A stretch of 64,000 nt of DNA, from contig MU058423.1 in assembly GCA_013265495.1 (NCBI GenBank), forward strand, positions 8,603,627-8,667,626, in the 5' to 3' direction. The notes beneath the pieces are model-generated. The model saw only the letters and a program-made list of their open reading frames with translations. It ran no database searches and had not been told where the DNA came from. Source of the stretch: Vicugna vicugna (Eukaryota). This document shows positions 1 through 12,196 of this stretch, piece after piece. Made by a program: the position numbers and the translations under genes. The first letter of the stretch is position 1. Each line of letters starts with the position of its first letter.

Positions 1-26
1 TTGAGAGAATGAAATGCCATAGCAAC

Positions 27-250
27 AATAATGCGAACGGCTACCATTTCTTGACCATTTGTGATGTAGCACATGCATCAAACTTTACGGAAAACTCACT
101 TAACACTCTCAACCCCGTGGATAGACAATACTATCCTTAATTAGCTGATGCAGAAACTAGAGTTCAAAGAGATTCAGTGATTTGTTCAAGTAAAAGGACA
201 GAATTCAAAGCTGAACCTGTTGACTTCAAAGCTCATATTCTTCACTAACA
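27..250 (-). mobile_element. MIR SINE, degenerate
   Basis: Antisense MIR core pattern (gatgcagaaactagagttcaaagagattcagtgatttgttcaag ... tgacttcaaagctcatattcttcact). Confidence 0.75.
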
Positions 251-304
251 TTTCATATTCTACTCAGACCACTGCCCTGACCAAGGCTTTGTAATTTCCC
301 TGCC

Positions 305-555
305 TTTTTTTTTTTAAGATACAATTTATTTTTAATTCTTATTTTTTATTGAAGTGTAGTTGATTTACAATGTCAGTTTCATGTGTACAGCAAAGTGACT
401 CAGTTATACATATACATAATATATTTTCAGATTCTTTTCCATTAATCTCATTACAAGAAATTGATTCTATGTGCTATACAGTAGGTCCTCATTGTTTACC
501 TATTTTGTATATAGTAATGTGTATTATTCATCTGTTAATCCCAAACTCCTAATCG
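305..555 (-). mobile_element. 5'-truncated L1 3'-UTR, cetartiodactyl type, with 13-bp TSD
   Basis: Poly(T) start, then tttattgaagtgtagttgatttacaat ... gtgctatacagtaggtcct ... ttaatcccaaactcctaat. TSD tccctgccttttt at 297-309 and 556-568; empty site TTTT/AG resembles an L1 endonuclease site. Confidence 0.9.
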
Positions 556-2111
556 TCCCTGCCTTTTTAGAAGGCTGAAGATGCCAGTAACTCCAAGGGG
601 AGTGGTGGGAGTAAATGGAGATAGGACTAAAAAAAAAAAATCACCTGGGGTTTATTAAAAATGCATATAATTGAGGCTATAATTTACTCTGCTGTGATTT
701 TTCTCTTTCAAGATTCTCCTTGGAGATTACTTAAATCCAATTGTGCCTGTTTATCCAAGTGGAAGCCAGGAGAGCCTGTGGATAAGGGAACAAGACACTG
801 GAGAGGGAACAGGGTACAGGGTGTGATTTGCCCTCAGCCTCCAGCCCCCTGAGGGACAGTCTTGAGTTCTGAAAAGGGACTAAAATGACTTCTACCAAGG
901 AAACATTCTACTGTCCCCTTTTGGTTGAAATGGAGATGTGAGGGCTGGGAAAGAGGTTATCTGAAAACTCATGAGATTACCTGAAGAGAGTGGAGAGATT
1001 TTCCTTTGTAATCGGACTCCTACTGCACAGTCAATTCACTGCGCATTCTTGGCAGCAGCACGGTTCCCCACATGACCGTGGTTACAGGCTAAATGCAAGC
1101 TATGACAGGTCCTTTCAGTCACAACCACCAGAGCCAATGCCTCACTGAGTTTCCCTCATTTTAAAGAGCTGTCAGCCATACTCTTTGTTTCCCTCCCTCC
1201 AAATATTTTAGGGCCTGTTTTTTTTTTTTTTCTTTTTTAAATCGAGGTAGTGGATGGAGAGCAGACAAGGATGGAACTGGATAGTTTCCAGATCTGATGG
1301 ATGTGCATATAGCATTAATGGTATGAATGTATATCCCATGGAAAGTTGCGTTTATTGCGTTTATTCTGGGCCTCTCTGTTCCAGTAATATTTACCTACCA
1401 TTTGCCATTAACCACCATAATGTTGCCATGTTAGCCTTTAAAAAATAACAATTTTTGACACCTGTGTTTAATACTTATGAAAGATCAGTTAAAACTCAGC
1501 ATTTATTTTTTATAGAGCTATTTTTTTTTCTCTGAGCCTTGTTTCAAGCAATTTGTATATTTTGACCACATGCTTTCTCACCTTAATGGTCCTCATGAAA
1601 CACGTTGGCTATGATGGGGCACCCTACTTGACACTGGGCGAGTTAACATCTCTCTTATACATGCACTGGGTTAAGCCTGTACGCATCTGGTCTTCTTCTC
1701 CAGGAAAGAGTTTCAGCAATCACTTAGCATTCCACAAACACCGTTAAAACACCTACTGCCTAACATGGTGTTAGATGCTCGAGTTACAAAGAAAGGTAAT
1801 AAATGGTCATTGTTCTCAAGGAGTGGAAAAAGACGAGTATATCAAGTGTTCGTAGAGGGTAAAATAGCTCTGTCCGAAGGGTGGAGTGGAACAAAAGGAA
1901 GAAACACACAACCAGAATGTTCTGGCCTTTCTAACCGGAGACAGTGCCACTGACCATCTCTCACTCTGACCCCTTGTGATTAAATAGGGCTCGGCAGAGA
2001 GCATATTGGCTGGTACCAGAAAACCAGGATCAAGATGCAAACTTGGCAAGTTTTGTAAACTCATTGAGCCCAAATTCCTTCACCTTCAAAATAAAGCTTA
2101 TTGCAAGGGAG

Positions 2112-2385
2112 GCAACGTTGTGAAGTCCCTAAGGAGTAAGGCTTTGCAACTAGGCTGCCTGGATTCAGCCAGGTGACCTTGGGCACGTTTTTTAATCTCT
2201 CAAATTCACAAGGAAAAGATGATCTTAATCTTTTGCAAACTCCTTCAGTTTCCTTCATTTGTAAAATGGGGACAATAATGCTTTCTATCTTACTAGTTTT
2301 GGTGGATTCAGTGATTGGAGTGCATGGAACAGTGCCTGGTACATTGTAACTGGTTAATAAATATTAATGATCATTATTATTATTA
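2112..2385 (+). mobile_element. MIR SINE with a ~48-bp internal insertion
   Basis: gtgaccttgggcacgttttttaatctct ... tcagtttccttcatttgtaaaatggggacaataat ... gaacagtgcctggtaca. Confidence 0.85.
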
Positions 2386-2554
2386 CTAATATTATATCTT
2401 CCTTATAGAGCAGTTGAAAATTAAATGAAATAATGTATGCAGAGTAGCTACCACAGTTCCTAATAATCACTTACTAAATGCAACAAATGAAACTAAATGA
2501 ACTAAATGCAGCATTCTCACTTTTCTTTCATCAAATCTCTGCCTTTGACTTCAA

Positions 2555-2990
2555 CAGAGGGAGCTTTTAAAACGTTAAATCAGACAGAGCACAGTTCTCC
2601 GGTGGCTCCTTGGCTCACTCAAAAGAAAAACCAAAGTCCTCAGAGCAACCTGCAAGTCCCTAAATAATCGAGTCCCATCCACCACCCACCCTGCCACCCC
2701 CTCCAACCTCTTGGTTTACCACTCCATGCCTCGCTTACTTCCTCAGCCACACGGACCTGGGCTGTTAGTCATAGACTCTTATCTCTGATCCTGGCTGTTT
2801 CCCATCCCTGTAAGGCCCTCCTGCCCCCAGTTGCTGGCTTCTTTTCCTCGCTCAGGTTGCATTTCCAGTGAGGCCATCTCCTGTTCTGCAGTCCCCCTAC
2901 TCTGCTTTATTTTCTGCTTAGGACATTGTTACCTGATATACCATGTATTTTTACCTGTTTATCTAGCTCTGTCTTCCTTCACTAGAAGGT
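2555..2990 (+). mobile_element. L2 LINE 3' fragment
   Basis: cttttaaaacgttaaatcaga ... aaaaccaaagtcct ... tgtcttccttcactagaaggtaa, typical of the L2 3' region. Confidence 0.7.
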
Positions 2991-2999
2991 AAAGTAACT

Positions 3000-4040
3000 T
3001 TTATACTAAAAAGTCTATAGTTTGCTAAGCATATCTGTTTAAATACCTGTCAATGATTATTTACAAAAACTGACTACAATCTGGGCCTTGAAGCAAAGGC
3101 TGACAAATTTCAAATTCTTCTCACGCAAAACACAACTTAAAATTAAAAGTCAACAATAAAAGACAAGTGAAAGAATTCTCATGTACTTGGAAAGGAGAAA
3201 TTAAATTGTATATTACAAATATTTATAAATGAAAAGATTTAAAATATTACATGTCAAAACATGAGAGAACCAGCAAAAGAAGTTTTTGGAAAAAAATACA
3301 GCCTTAAGTGCTTGTTTTAGGAAAGAATAAATCAGCTGTAAAAAAATTAGAAAAAGAACAGAAACAAATTTAAGAAATAATAGACTAAACAGCAAAATTA
3401 ATGGTTTAGAAAATAGAAAATATGATTTAAATAGGATCTACGAAATCAAAGCTGGTTCCTTGGAAAGACTATGAAAACAGATAAACCTCCAGCAAGATTG
3501 ATAAAGAAAATGAGAGATAGCACAAATAAATAATGACAGCAATGGAAAAAGAAAATAACTTTATATCCAGCAAAACTGATAAAACATAATAAAAAATACT
3601 TTGGTTACTTTTGTGCCAGTGAATTTGAAAATTTAGAAAAACTATACAAACATTTAAAGGCAGTTCAAGAATTCACAAGACTGACAAAGTAATTGAACAT
3701 CTTCCCATAAAGAAAACACCAGACGGTTGATGGGTGTGTTGTACAAAATTTGCAAGGAAAAGTTTATTCTAGTCTTTTGCAAACTCTTTCAGAAAAATAG
3801 AAAAAAGAGGGAATGTTCCCTTCGTATACTGTGAGTCTAATATAACCTTAATAACAACCAGACAAGGATTATATGAGAAAAAAATTACAGGCCAATTTTA
3901 CTTATAAATGTAGATTTAAAAATTCTAAACAACTATTAGATACATCACAATTAAGTTGGATTACCTCAAGAATGCAAGGCTGATATAAATTTAGAAAATT
4001 CTAGAATGTCATTCATCAGAAGAATAGATTAAAGGAGGAA
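3000..4040 (+). mobile_element. Old L1 (L1M/L1ME-like) ORF2 fragment, dead
   Basis: A-rich; aatcaaagctggttccttggaaagac, aggccaattttacttataaatgtagat and aagaatgcaaggctgatataaat match decayed ORF2 motifs (KSWFFEK, RPISLMN, GMQGWFN). Confidence 0.85.
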
Positions 4041-4584
4041 TACATTGAAGAAGGTATAGCCTATATATTTTTTTTCTCAGAAATTTGATGCTATCCCAAG
4101 GAATATTTGGAAGGGAAAAAAACAATGAGTTGTTTGAGTTTATGGATAAAGATCATTTCTTCAGTTTTGCTGGGTACTCTATTCACAGACACTCAACGTT
4201 TCAAAGTTTGCGTGGCTCTGTTACTAAGCTGTTCTTTTATCACCTGGCAGAATGACAGAGTTAAAAAAGAAAGAAAATCAAACTTTCATAGTTTTGTTCT
4301 TGAAAGATCCTATTTACTAAGCCTGCCATGGGAACAGCTTTATTTTCTTACATGGTGGGGTTTTCCCATATTATTCCTTGCAAACATTGCAAGAAAAATT
4401 TTAAAAGGCACTATTTTATCACTAAGTTTGGTGGTCAGCATCTACTCCATTCTTTTATCATTCATCATTTTAAAATAAAGAATTGTTAACTATATAGCAT
4501 GACGTGGTTTATTTATTTTTTAGGGACTAGGATAGTTTATGATCAAGTTTGCTTTGCCAGACTAAAGCAGGAATACAGTAAAGA

Positions 4585-4760
4585 GAAATATTTATTGAGC
4601 CTAACATATGACAGGCACTAGGTTAAATGCTCTACAAATATTGACTTGTATATTCCTACAAGAATTCTTACCCTTAAGAAGTGAAGAAACTGGCCGATGG
4701 TCACTGTTTCCAGCTAAGAGTGTTACGGGAACTGAAACTGAGTTTTATCTGACTGTAACA
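4585..4760 (-). mobile_element. MIR SINE
   Basis: atatttattgagcctaacatatgacaggcactaggttaaatgctctaca is the antisense MIR 3' end. Confidence 0.75.
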
Positions 4761-5772
4761 ATTAGCCTTTTTCTGCCAAACATAGGGGAGTGGAAATGGC
4801 ATACTGAGACATTTTCTTGATAATCCGAGAAATTCTCAATTTTCTTTCTTTCAAGGTTTTTGTTTTTGTTTTTTATTTTTCACTTAGGCATTTTTTAGGT
4901 ATGGGAACCTTAACCAGATCATTTCTTCAGTTTTGCTGGGTACTCTATTCATAAATCAAAGGTTTTATTGAATTATAAATAAATTCCCATTTTGATAAGC
5001 TCATTTAGCATCCATTACAATTTATGGTAATTTGTGGCAGGTGTTTGGTTTGATGTCGAAGGGCATTGGTGAGTTTTTGTAGTAGAGGGAACTTATTTCA
5101 CCTCTATGTCCGATCTGTGAGAAGAATTAAAGAATTTTTGTTTGACTTCATAGAATCTTCTAGATCTTTAAAGCTCTTCCCATTGTATTCCATTCTATCC
5201 ATTTTCTCTTGACCTTTCATACTCAGCCTATCATTAATTATTTAAAATACAGCTTTAATAGCTCATGAAACTCCTCTGCCTCTTTACCATGGACCCACCC
5301 TACCTGAGAAAGCCCTAACTCTGGAAACCCTAAAAAAACTACATCTGCTGCTATTCTATTCAGGCAGCTCGACTGTAAAGGGAAAAATTTCCCAGTCATA
5401 CAATTGTCTCCTCTGTAAGTTTATGCTTTGCACATTTGCTGGCACTCAATACTGCTTACCAAAGTACTTCTCACTGGAGCCAGAATTCACTATCCGACTC
5501 TTTTTTTTCTTCCGAAGCTGTCCAGTAGCTTCATTTTCTACTCAGGGTTCAGTTTATTTCTTCTCTACTCACTAACAGAAAAGAATTTCCCTTTCTCTCT
5601 CTCTCTCTTCTCTTTTTTTTCTTTTTTTTTTCTTTTTCTTTTTTTTGGAAAATATGGAGGTCTTTAGATCATCATTAGATTCATGCTTTAAAAGACTGGC
5701 TTTGCTATGCTGTTCATGTTTCCGTCCCGGTTAGCTGCTTACATCTGTTTTTGTTTTCAGTGACGTATTCCA

Positions 5773-6003
5773 AATATCATCCATGGAAGAACAGTAATGA
5801 CCAAGGATGTTTTTTTTCTTTCTTTTTTTTTAGGAAGCTGTGTTATTATTTCTAGTCATTTGGATTATCCCCAGTTCTCAGTGATTCGGAATATCATCCA
5901 TGGAAGAACAGTAATGACCAAGGATTTTTTTTTCTTTCTTTTTTTTTAGGAAGCTGTGTTATTATTTCTAGTCATTTGGATTATCCCCAGTTCTCAGTGA
6001 TTC
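5773..6003. repeat. Tandem duplication, 115 + 114 bp
   Basis: 5773-5887 and 5890-6003 are identical except for one extra G in a T tract; GG at the junction. Confidence 0.95.
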
Positions 6004-6599
6004 AAAACTCATTTTAAATGGATTAGTAAATACATACACAAAGTCCCTTAATATATTATAATTAAGGGTAGCTAGGCTGGTGAATGTAGCCACATTCTAA
6101 TTGTTTTATTTACTATTATTTTATAATATTTAGAAAATAATTAATTTTCAAGTGTCTGTTTGCTAGTATGCTTGGTTGTGAGTGTAGATAAATGTTTTAC
6201 CGCTTATTATGATTAACATGACTCTATAAGATCGCATTGAGTAGGTCCAAAATAATTCAGTACATCTCAACTGCTGTAGCTGACCTGTTCCGCCTTGTGT
6301 AGGCACCTACACTGGTCTTACCTCATGAACACCTTAGGTACTCCCAGTGGCCTTAGGTGGTCACAACAATGGAATTTTCAGACATCACGATGATTACATG
6401 TACACAGACAGCCCACATGCCCACACACAAAGACACATATTTTAAATGCAAACTAAAATAATGTTGTTAAATTTATGAGCTGGGGCAGAGAATATATCTT
6501 GTGCTTTTCTGTATGCCTCAGACGGCCTAATGCAGGCCTGTGAATATAGTAGATACTCTATACTTGGACAAATAAGAAAGGTTATGGGCATCAATAATG

Positions 6600-6837
6600 C
6601 ATCTAGACACTGAAGCCAGGTGCTTGTGGACACTTCTTGGTTCGACTGCTCCCTAGCCGTGTGATCTTGAGCAAATGTTATAAACTCCATGAGCCCCAGT
6701 TCCTCAGTCATTAACTGTGGATAGTAAATTATATTCACCTCATAAAATGTTTGTGAGCATTCAATGAATTAATACACAGAGGTACTCAAAATTGCACCCA
6801 ACACACAATAAGCATTCAAATAATATTAGCTGTTATC
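6600..6837 (+). mobile_element. MIR SINE
   Basis: ctagccgtgtgatcttgagcaaatgtta ... cacctcataaaatgtttgtgagcattcaatgaattaataca ... aataatattagctgttat. Confidence 0.85.
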
Positions 6838-7164
6838 GTTCTGAGCAGACACACTAAAGTAGAATCTTGCCTTTTAATGCTTTTCTAAAACTGTTACTCC
6901 AGAGTGGCCTGCACAGAAGGATGGCTCAGCGACGTTCTCAGCGAGGAGGGAAGGGTGAAACCAGTGGGGGCGCTCCAGCTCAGCTCCCGACGCATAGTGG
7001 TTTTCTTCCTCCCTTCTTCTCCCCTGACCCGCCATGGCCTTCCCCTCAGGTCTCTTTCTGACAAATGCTACTCTTATTATTGTGTTATGAATGGCTTTTT
7101 AGCACGCTCATCCCACAACTTGGATCTCAAGTCATCTCCTATTCTTTGGATCTTTCATCTTCAT

Positions 7165-7360
7165 TTATGAGAAAACCTTGATTCTGTAACCAAATAAACC
7201 TGAATTCAAGCCCTGGCTCTGCCACTGCATCTCCTCAGTATTTATTTGCTCATCTGTGAAAAAAGGGGATCCTCTAACCTACATTTCAGGGTTGTTGAGA
7301 GGATGAGGGCGATTTTATGCTGTGTCGCATCGTAGTGCCCAGCACGTGTGGGCGATCAAA
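7165..7360 (+). mobile_element. MIR SINE
   Basis: cctgaattcaagccctggctctgccact ... ctcatctgtgaaaa ... cagggttgttgagagga. Confidence 0.8.
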
Positions 7361-8280
7361 CTACATCCCTGTGTTTCCTTCTCTCTAGGAACTGACTTTC
7401 CTCATTTTCCATTTTCCTGTTTTACTTTATTTCTTTCAAAAACTGAAAGAAAACTCTGACTTTGAACAAAATCTTTTCTGCAGTATTTCAAATTTTCACT
7501 TTCTAAAAAAAGCTTGAAGTGGTTTTGAATCCTCCGGCTTCTTTTAAAGACTGTGCTACAGTCCCAGGGCCTACAGAATATAAAACTCTATAAAACATCA
7601 GTTTTTCCCCTCAGAATAAACCTACAATTTATAATTTTCATGTGAATTACTATTTGAAAGCATTAATCATCTCATTTCTTACATATATTGAATAGTGAGT
7701 ATGAAGTTCTCAGGTCACAGATCTGAAAATTTAAGGAAATAATTCTATTTTTCTGAAACAACATAGTTGCTATCTCAAAAATCCCCTCTCATCTCAGCAG
7801 TCAATAAAATAATCAAGTTAGGGTCTTTTCCCCTTTACTTTTTCTCTGATATAGAATTTGATTTCCGGAAGCTTGTGGTATTGTGTCTTCCGATAGGGAT
7901 GGTTGAAGGGTCTCTGGCCCATGACCGCCTGCTGTCTTCATGTTGGCTCCCACGGAGATGCGCTAGTCCTTGAGACTTGCAGACCTCCATGTCGGCATCC
8001 ACAGAGGGATGTGGTGTGATCTCTGCTGCTTGCCTCTCACTACGGAACCCTCTTCACTAGGTCTGTGAGCTCCTCACCAATTTCCTGGCTAGTTTCTGCA
8101 GCCTTTTCGAGAGCATAAGAAAATTAACTCCAGTCATGCTTTGCTATTGGGCTTCAGAAAATTCCATAGGACCATCTCAGGCTCTAACTGCCCTCTTCAA
8201 TTTACACAACCACCTCTGCCACTGAGCTTGCTCCATGGTGGTAGAGGAAATTCCTGTAGCCTTCAAGAATCCTCTGTGAT

Positions 8281-8443
8281 CTTGCTGTTCAAAGTGTGGG
8301 CTATAGACCAGCCGCATTGGGATTGTCCGGGAGCTTGTTAGATGTGCAGAATTTCGGGCCCTGTTTCAGATCTACCCAATCAAAAATGCATTTTCACAAA
8401 ATCTCTAGGTGATTTGCATCCACATTAAAATGTGCAAAGCACA
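8281..8443. mobile_element. MER5A1-like hAT-Charlie MITE
   Basis: tcaaagtgtgggctatagaccagc ... gggagcttgttagatgtgcagaatttcgggcc ... tgcattttcacaaaatctctaggtgatt ... cacattaaaatgtg. Confidence 0.85.
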
Positions 8444-9269
8444 TATTAATGAGATACAGGACAGAGTTTCAACTTACCCTCAGGACCCTGATCTAGCTAA
8501 GGGTTCTATTGCTTTTCTTTCCCTCAGGAGCTAACTATTTGGAAGGAGGGAAGGGAAAGTATGGCCTGGGAACCCTTCCTAGAGATCTACAGCAATGTCT
8601 TAACAATCTTGTTTCCCATCCCTATTCAAACTCTTTCCTCACCCCAGAAAGAGTTTTAAACTATCTCCTCTGGGAAGGGAAAATGCCCAGGAAATACTTG
8701 ATTGAATCCTTATATCATGTAACTGGACATTTTTAGTTGAAAAGCCAAGAATTTGGTATCTTTATATTTTGGTCTGTGCTGCAACTTTCTCCCCTTCCCT
8801 TCGTCCTCACCCACTTCTTGGGGCAACGGGACAACCCATTCTAGTGGCCTGGATAGGAGAGTTTCAGGGAGAGGTAACACTTTACAGAATCATCCTGTGA
8901 TATAGAAATTTTATTTAGATGTTTAAATACTTCAGTCTCAATTGGACTTGGGTTTTCTGGAAACCCAAATTACATTTCTGAGATGCAGTTCATGCCATCA
9001 TATTGCAATTCATTCTACTAGCCTTTATTTTCTGACGATAAACTTTAATAGAAATTTGTGTTCAGATAGTGAATATTGGGTAAGTAAACTCATGCAAGTA
9101 ACTTAAGCCTCTTTCATCTTCAATAATCCGGTTTGGTGTAATATGTGATGTTTCAAGTTACACGTTTTTTAGTCCCTGAAATCTCTTTGGATCCCTCAAG
9201 GGCAAGCCCTGCCTTCCCCGAGTGCTAGATATTTACATCTATGACAGCATTTAACACTCTGCTTGCTAT

Positions 9270-9392
9270 ATCCCCTGTTGGACTACCAGCTCACTGAGGT
9301 CAGGCTGAGTGTCTCTTTCACTGCTGCATCCCCAGTGCCTAGCTCCTGGCTCATAAAAAAGTACAAAAACTGCTTGGATGAAACAAATGAAC
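9270..9392 (+). mobile_element. L2 3' end
   Basis: cagctcactgaggtcagg ... ttcactgctgcatccccagtgcctag ... cctggctcata ... gatgaaacaaatgaa. Confidence 0.75.
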
Positions 9393-10229
9393 AAAGTCAC
9401 TGATATTATTCAAACCTTTCCTCACCTACCCTCAATACATACGAAGAAAGTAAGTATAAAAAGTGTTGCAGAGGTCTTTTAGTCCAATCACCGACTCAGG
9501 GGAAGAATCCTATATATAGAATCTCTACAGAGAGTCAAACTTTTGCTAAAATATTTCCAGAAGAGGGAATATAATTAGCTTTTTCCATTTATGGGTATTT
9601 CATATTTTTAGAAAGCACTTTTTAAGTTGAATTGAAATCTGCCTCCTTGATTCTGTCTGCCTTTTTGGAGTTTAATTGGTTCACATTTCTATAGTATAAT
9701 TCTCCAAATTTGTTAAAAAGACACGAAATTAAAAAGATTGAAAAAGAGGTAAGGACAGTTTATCCTGCATAGAGATCACCATCAGCTGAGGTGTCTGCTT
9801 TTCCCTCCAATAAAATATACAGGTCTTGCTTTTGAACTCAGGTATTCACTGAGAAGTCAGAAATGGAATAGGACAAGGAGGCTGGTAGGTTTGGCCACCA
9901 CATTCAAGGAGGGGAGGTCGCCTTGAGTCTGAGCCTTGTCTTTGTGGTGAGAGCAGCATTGCTTAGGTACTTCATGCTGCACGTAATACATCGTGGGATG
10001 AGGATTCATTTCTGGTTGTGATAGCGTATGTTAGAAAAATGCTTGTCAAAATTTCTCCGTGTTTTTTGCTCTGTCCCCATATTGCTACTGCCTGCTAGTT
10101 GTCATTGCCACCTCAAATCCTATGAAAGGTCAAACTTACCTTGTCTTCTTAACCAGGGTCTTCTGCCAGCTACTGTACTTTTGACGCTGTTATTCCCACA
10201 GGCTTATAAAATGTTGGGTTAACTTATCC

Positions 10230-11195
10230 TTCTTGTTCCCCCATCCCATCAGCCACCTAGTCATGCAAATTTCTCCTCTGTAGTGGTTCTCACATCTCCT
10301 TCTTCCTCTCCAGGGATGCTGACAAATGGCTGCCACTGGCCATGTGATTCAACGTCTGCTTCCCTTCCTCACTCCAGCTTCTATCCCATTTTATTCCAAA
10401 AGACATACCACTGTCAGAGTAATTTTCCTTAAACTCCTCTGTTATCAGCATGTCACCTAATTAAAAACCTACAGAGTGTGATGTTCTACTGCATCAGATG
10501 CTAAATTCCTCTGCTTCCATCTCAAGGTCCTTCTTCAACACCACTTCAAACCATCCAGCTTTATTTTAGCTACTGCCCCTCCCCATCCACCCTGCCCTCC
10601 TCAAACTCCAGGTCCACTCTTGTCGGCACCCTTTCTCCCTGCAACCCACCTGCACCACCACCCACCTACAATCTTGCTACATTTGCATTTGTATGATCTC
10701 CCTCCCCTGGGCCAATTTTAAAGCCCACCTTAACTCCTGTTTCCTCTATAGATTTTTGTCTTAATTATTCCAGGCTTTATTCACCTCCTTCCTTCTTTCC
10801 CCTCTATGGTTTTTATTGTGAGTTATAAACAAAAGTAAATGAAACTTATGTGTACAGTTGAACAAGTGGTTGTAAAGAGGACACCCAGGTCACCACCCCT
10901 CAGATGGGAAATAGAATATTCTGGAACCCTGGGAGCCCTCCCTCTGCTCCCTTATATCCCTTCCCAATCAATTTTATGGCACTAATATTCTGTACCTCAT
11001 AATTTAGCACTTACAGTGATTAAGTCCCACCCTGCTTTGCCTTGTGGCTTAAATGTGTTGATTTTATTCCTCCGACTCAACTGTAGGCTCTTGGAGGGCA
11101 GGGGTTCTATAGGTTCTTCTTCAGAATACCCCACAGTGTTCCAGGCATTGCTAAGCAAATAAGGGCATTCAGTAGATACTTGCTCACTGACTACA
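10230..11195 (+). mobile_element. L2 3' fragment interrupted by an antisense L1 piece
   Basis: L2-like pyrimidine-rich body, resuming at ctgtaggctcttggagggcaggg ... gggcattcagtagatacttgctcactgact. Confidence 0.65.
10810..10975 (-). mobile_element. Old L1 (L1MC/ME-like) 3' end fragment
   Basis: tttattgtgagttataa ... tgtacagttgaac ... acacccaggtcaccacccctcagat ... aatagaatatt ... gagccctccc. Confidence 0.65.
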
Positions 11196-12196
11196 GACTA
11201 AGGAAAAAGCAACACTGAGAACAAACAATATGTATGTTTATGTCCAAGAGTTAACATCATGATATCTCTCACAATCAGGCTAACTTTAGAAAATGGCATA
11301 ATTCTATTTGTCAGGTTCTTGCCCACATCTTGTGCTCCCTGGTTTCAGTTTTCTTTTCCTTGATGTGGCACTCAGCATTTCTGGAGATTTCTCGGGGAAT
11401 TTCCAGTCTTGCAAAGCAGAATGTAGAGGAATGCCGTGTCAGTGAATAGAAGTCCATGGCAACACTACACAAACACCAGTGATTCTCTCTCCTATTTCAG
11501 TCAAAGAACGGCTGTAGTCACAAAACAGGCTTCTCTCCTCCACTGCGCAGTTCTTTTTCTCATTAAAAAACTTTGTATTGCATCCAAATGTTTTTAGAAT
11601 TAAATGCCTTAGCAAATGTTAGTAACATTCCCTATCTTACAGGTTTGATCACACAGGACTTCTAACAAAGATTCCATGCCAGGAATAGAGAAGAAAAGAT
11701 ACACGTATAATAAACAAATATGGAAATAGTAAACACACATATTAACAAAAAATAGTCTCTGAAGGAGCTCTCTGTGTAAGTAAAACATTTGACTCAAGGA
11801 AATAATGCAGTGTAAACATAAAAGATGTTTACAGTATGCCAATGATGGTACTAAGAAAAATAGTATATATATTACAAGACCATAATAATTCTAATATTTG
11901 GTGAGACCTATAAACCACTGAGATGTTGGATTAAATATGTATTCTTGTAAAGGAGGATCTGATTTAGCAGTAAAAGGAAGGAAATCCACTTTTTTGTCTT
12001 ATCCTAGAACTTCTGGGGCAAAACTTCATTGTACTGCACAATTATTTCTGGCTTGGGTTAATTATAATGAGACAGTGGAGTTGAGCAGGAAGGAAATCCA
12101 CACGTATTGAAATAGCTTATTTACAATAGCTTAGTCCATGAAAAGGCCAGTGAAATATCTATCAGCCAGGATAATAAGTGACAAGAAATAATATGT

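Noticed and set aside
5745..5800. Possible 33-nt coding micro-exon (ttttcag|TGACG...GAACA|gtaatg)
   Set aside because: Weak donor, unrecognised peptide and no partner exons.
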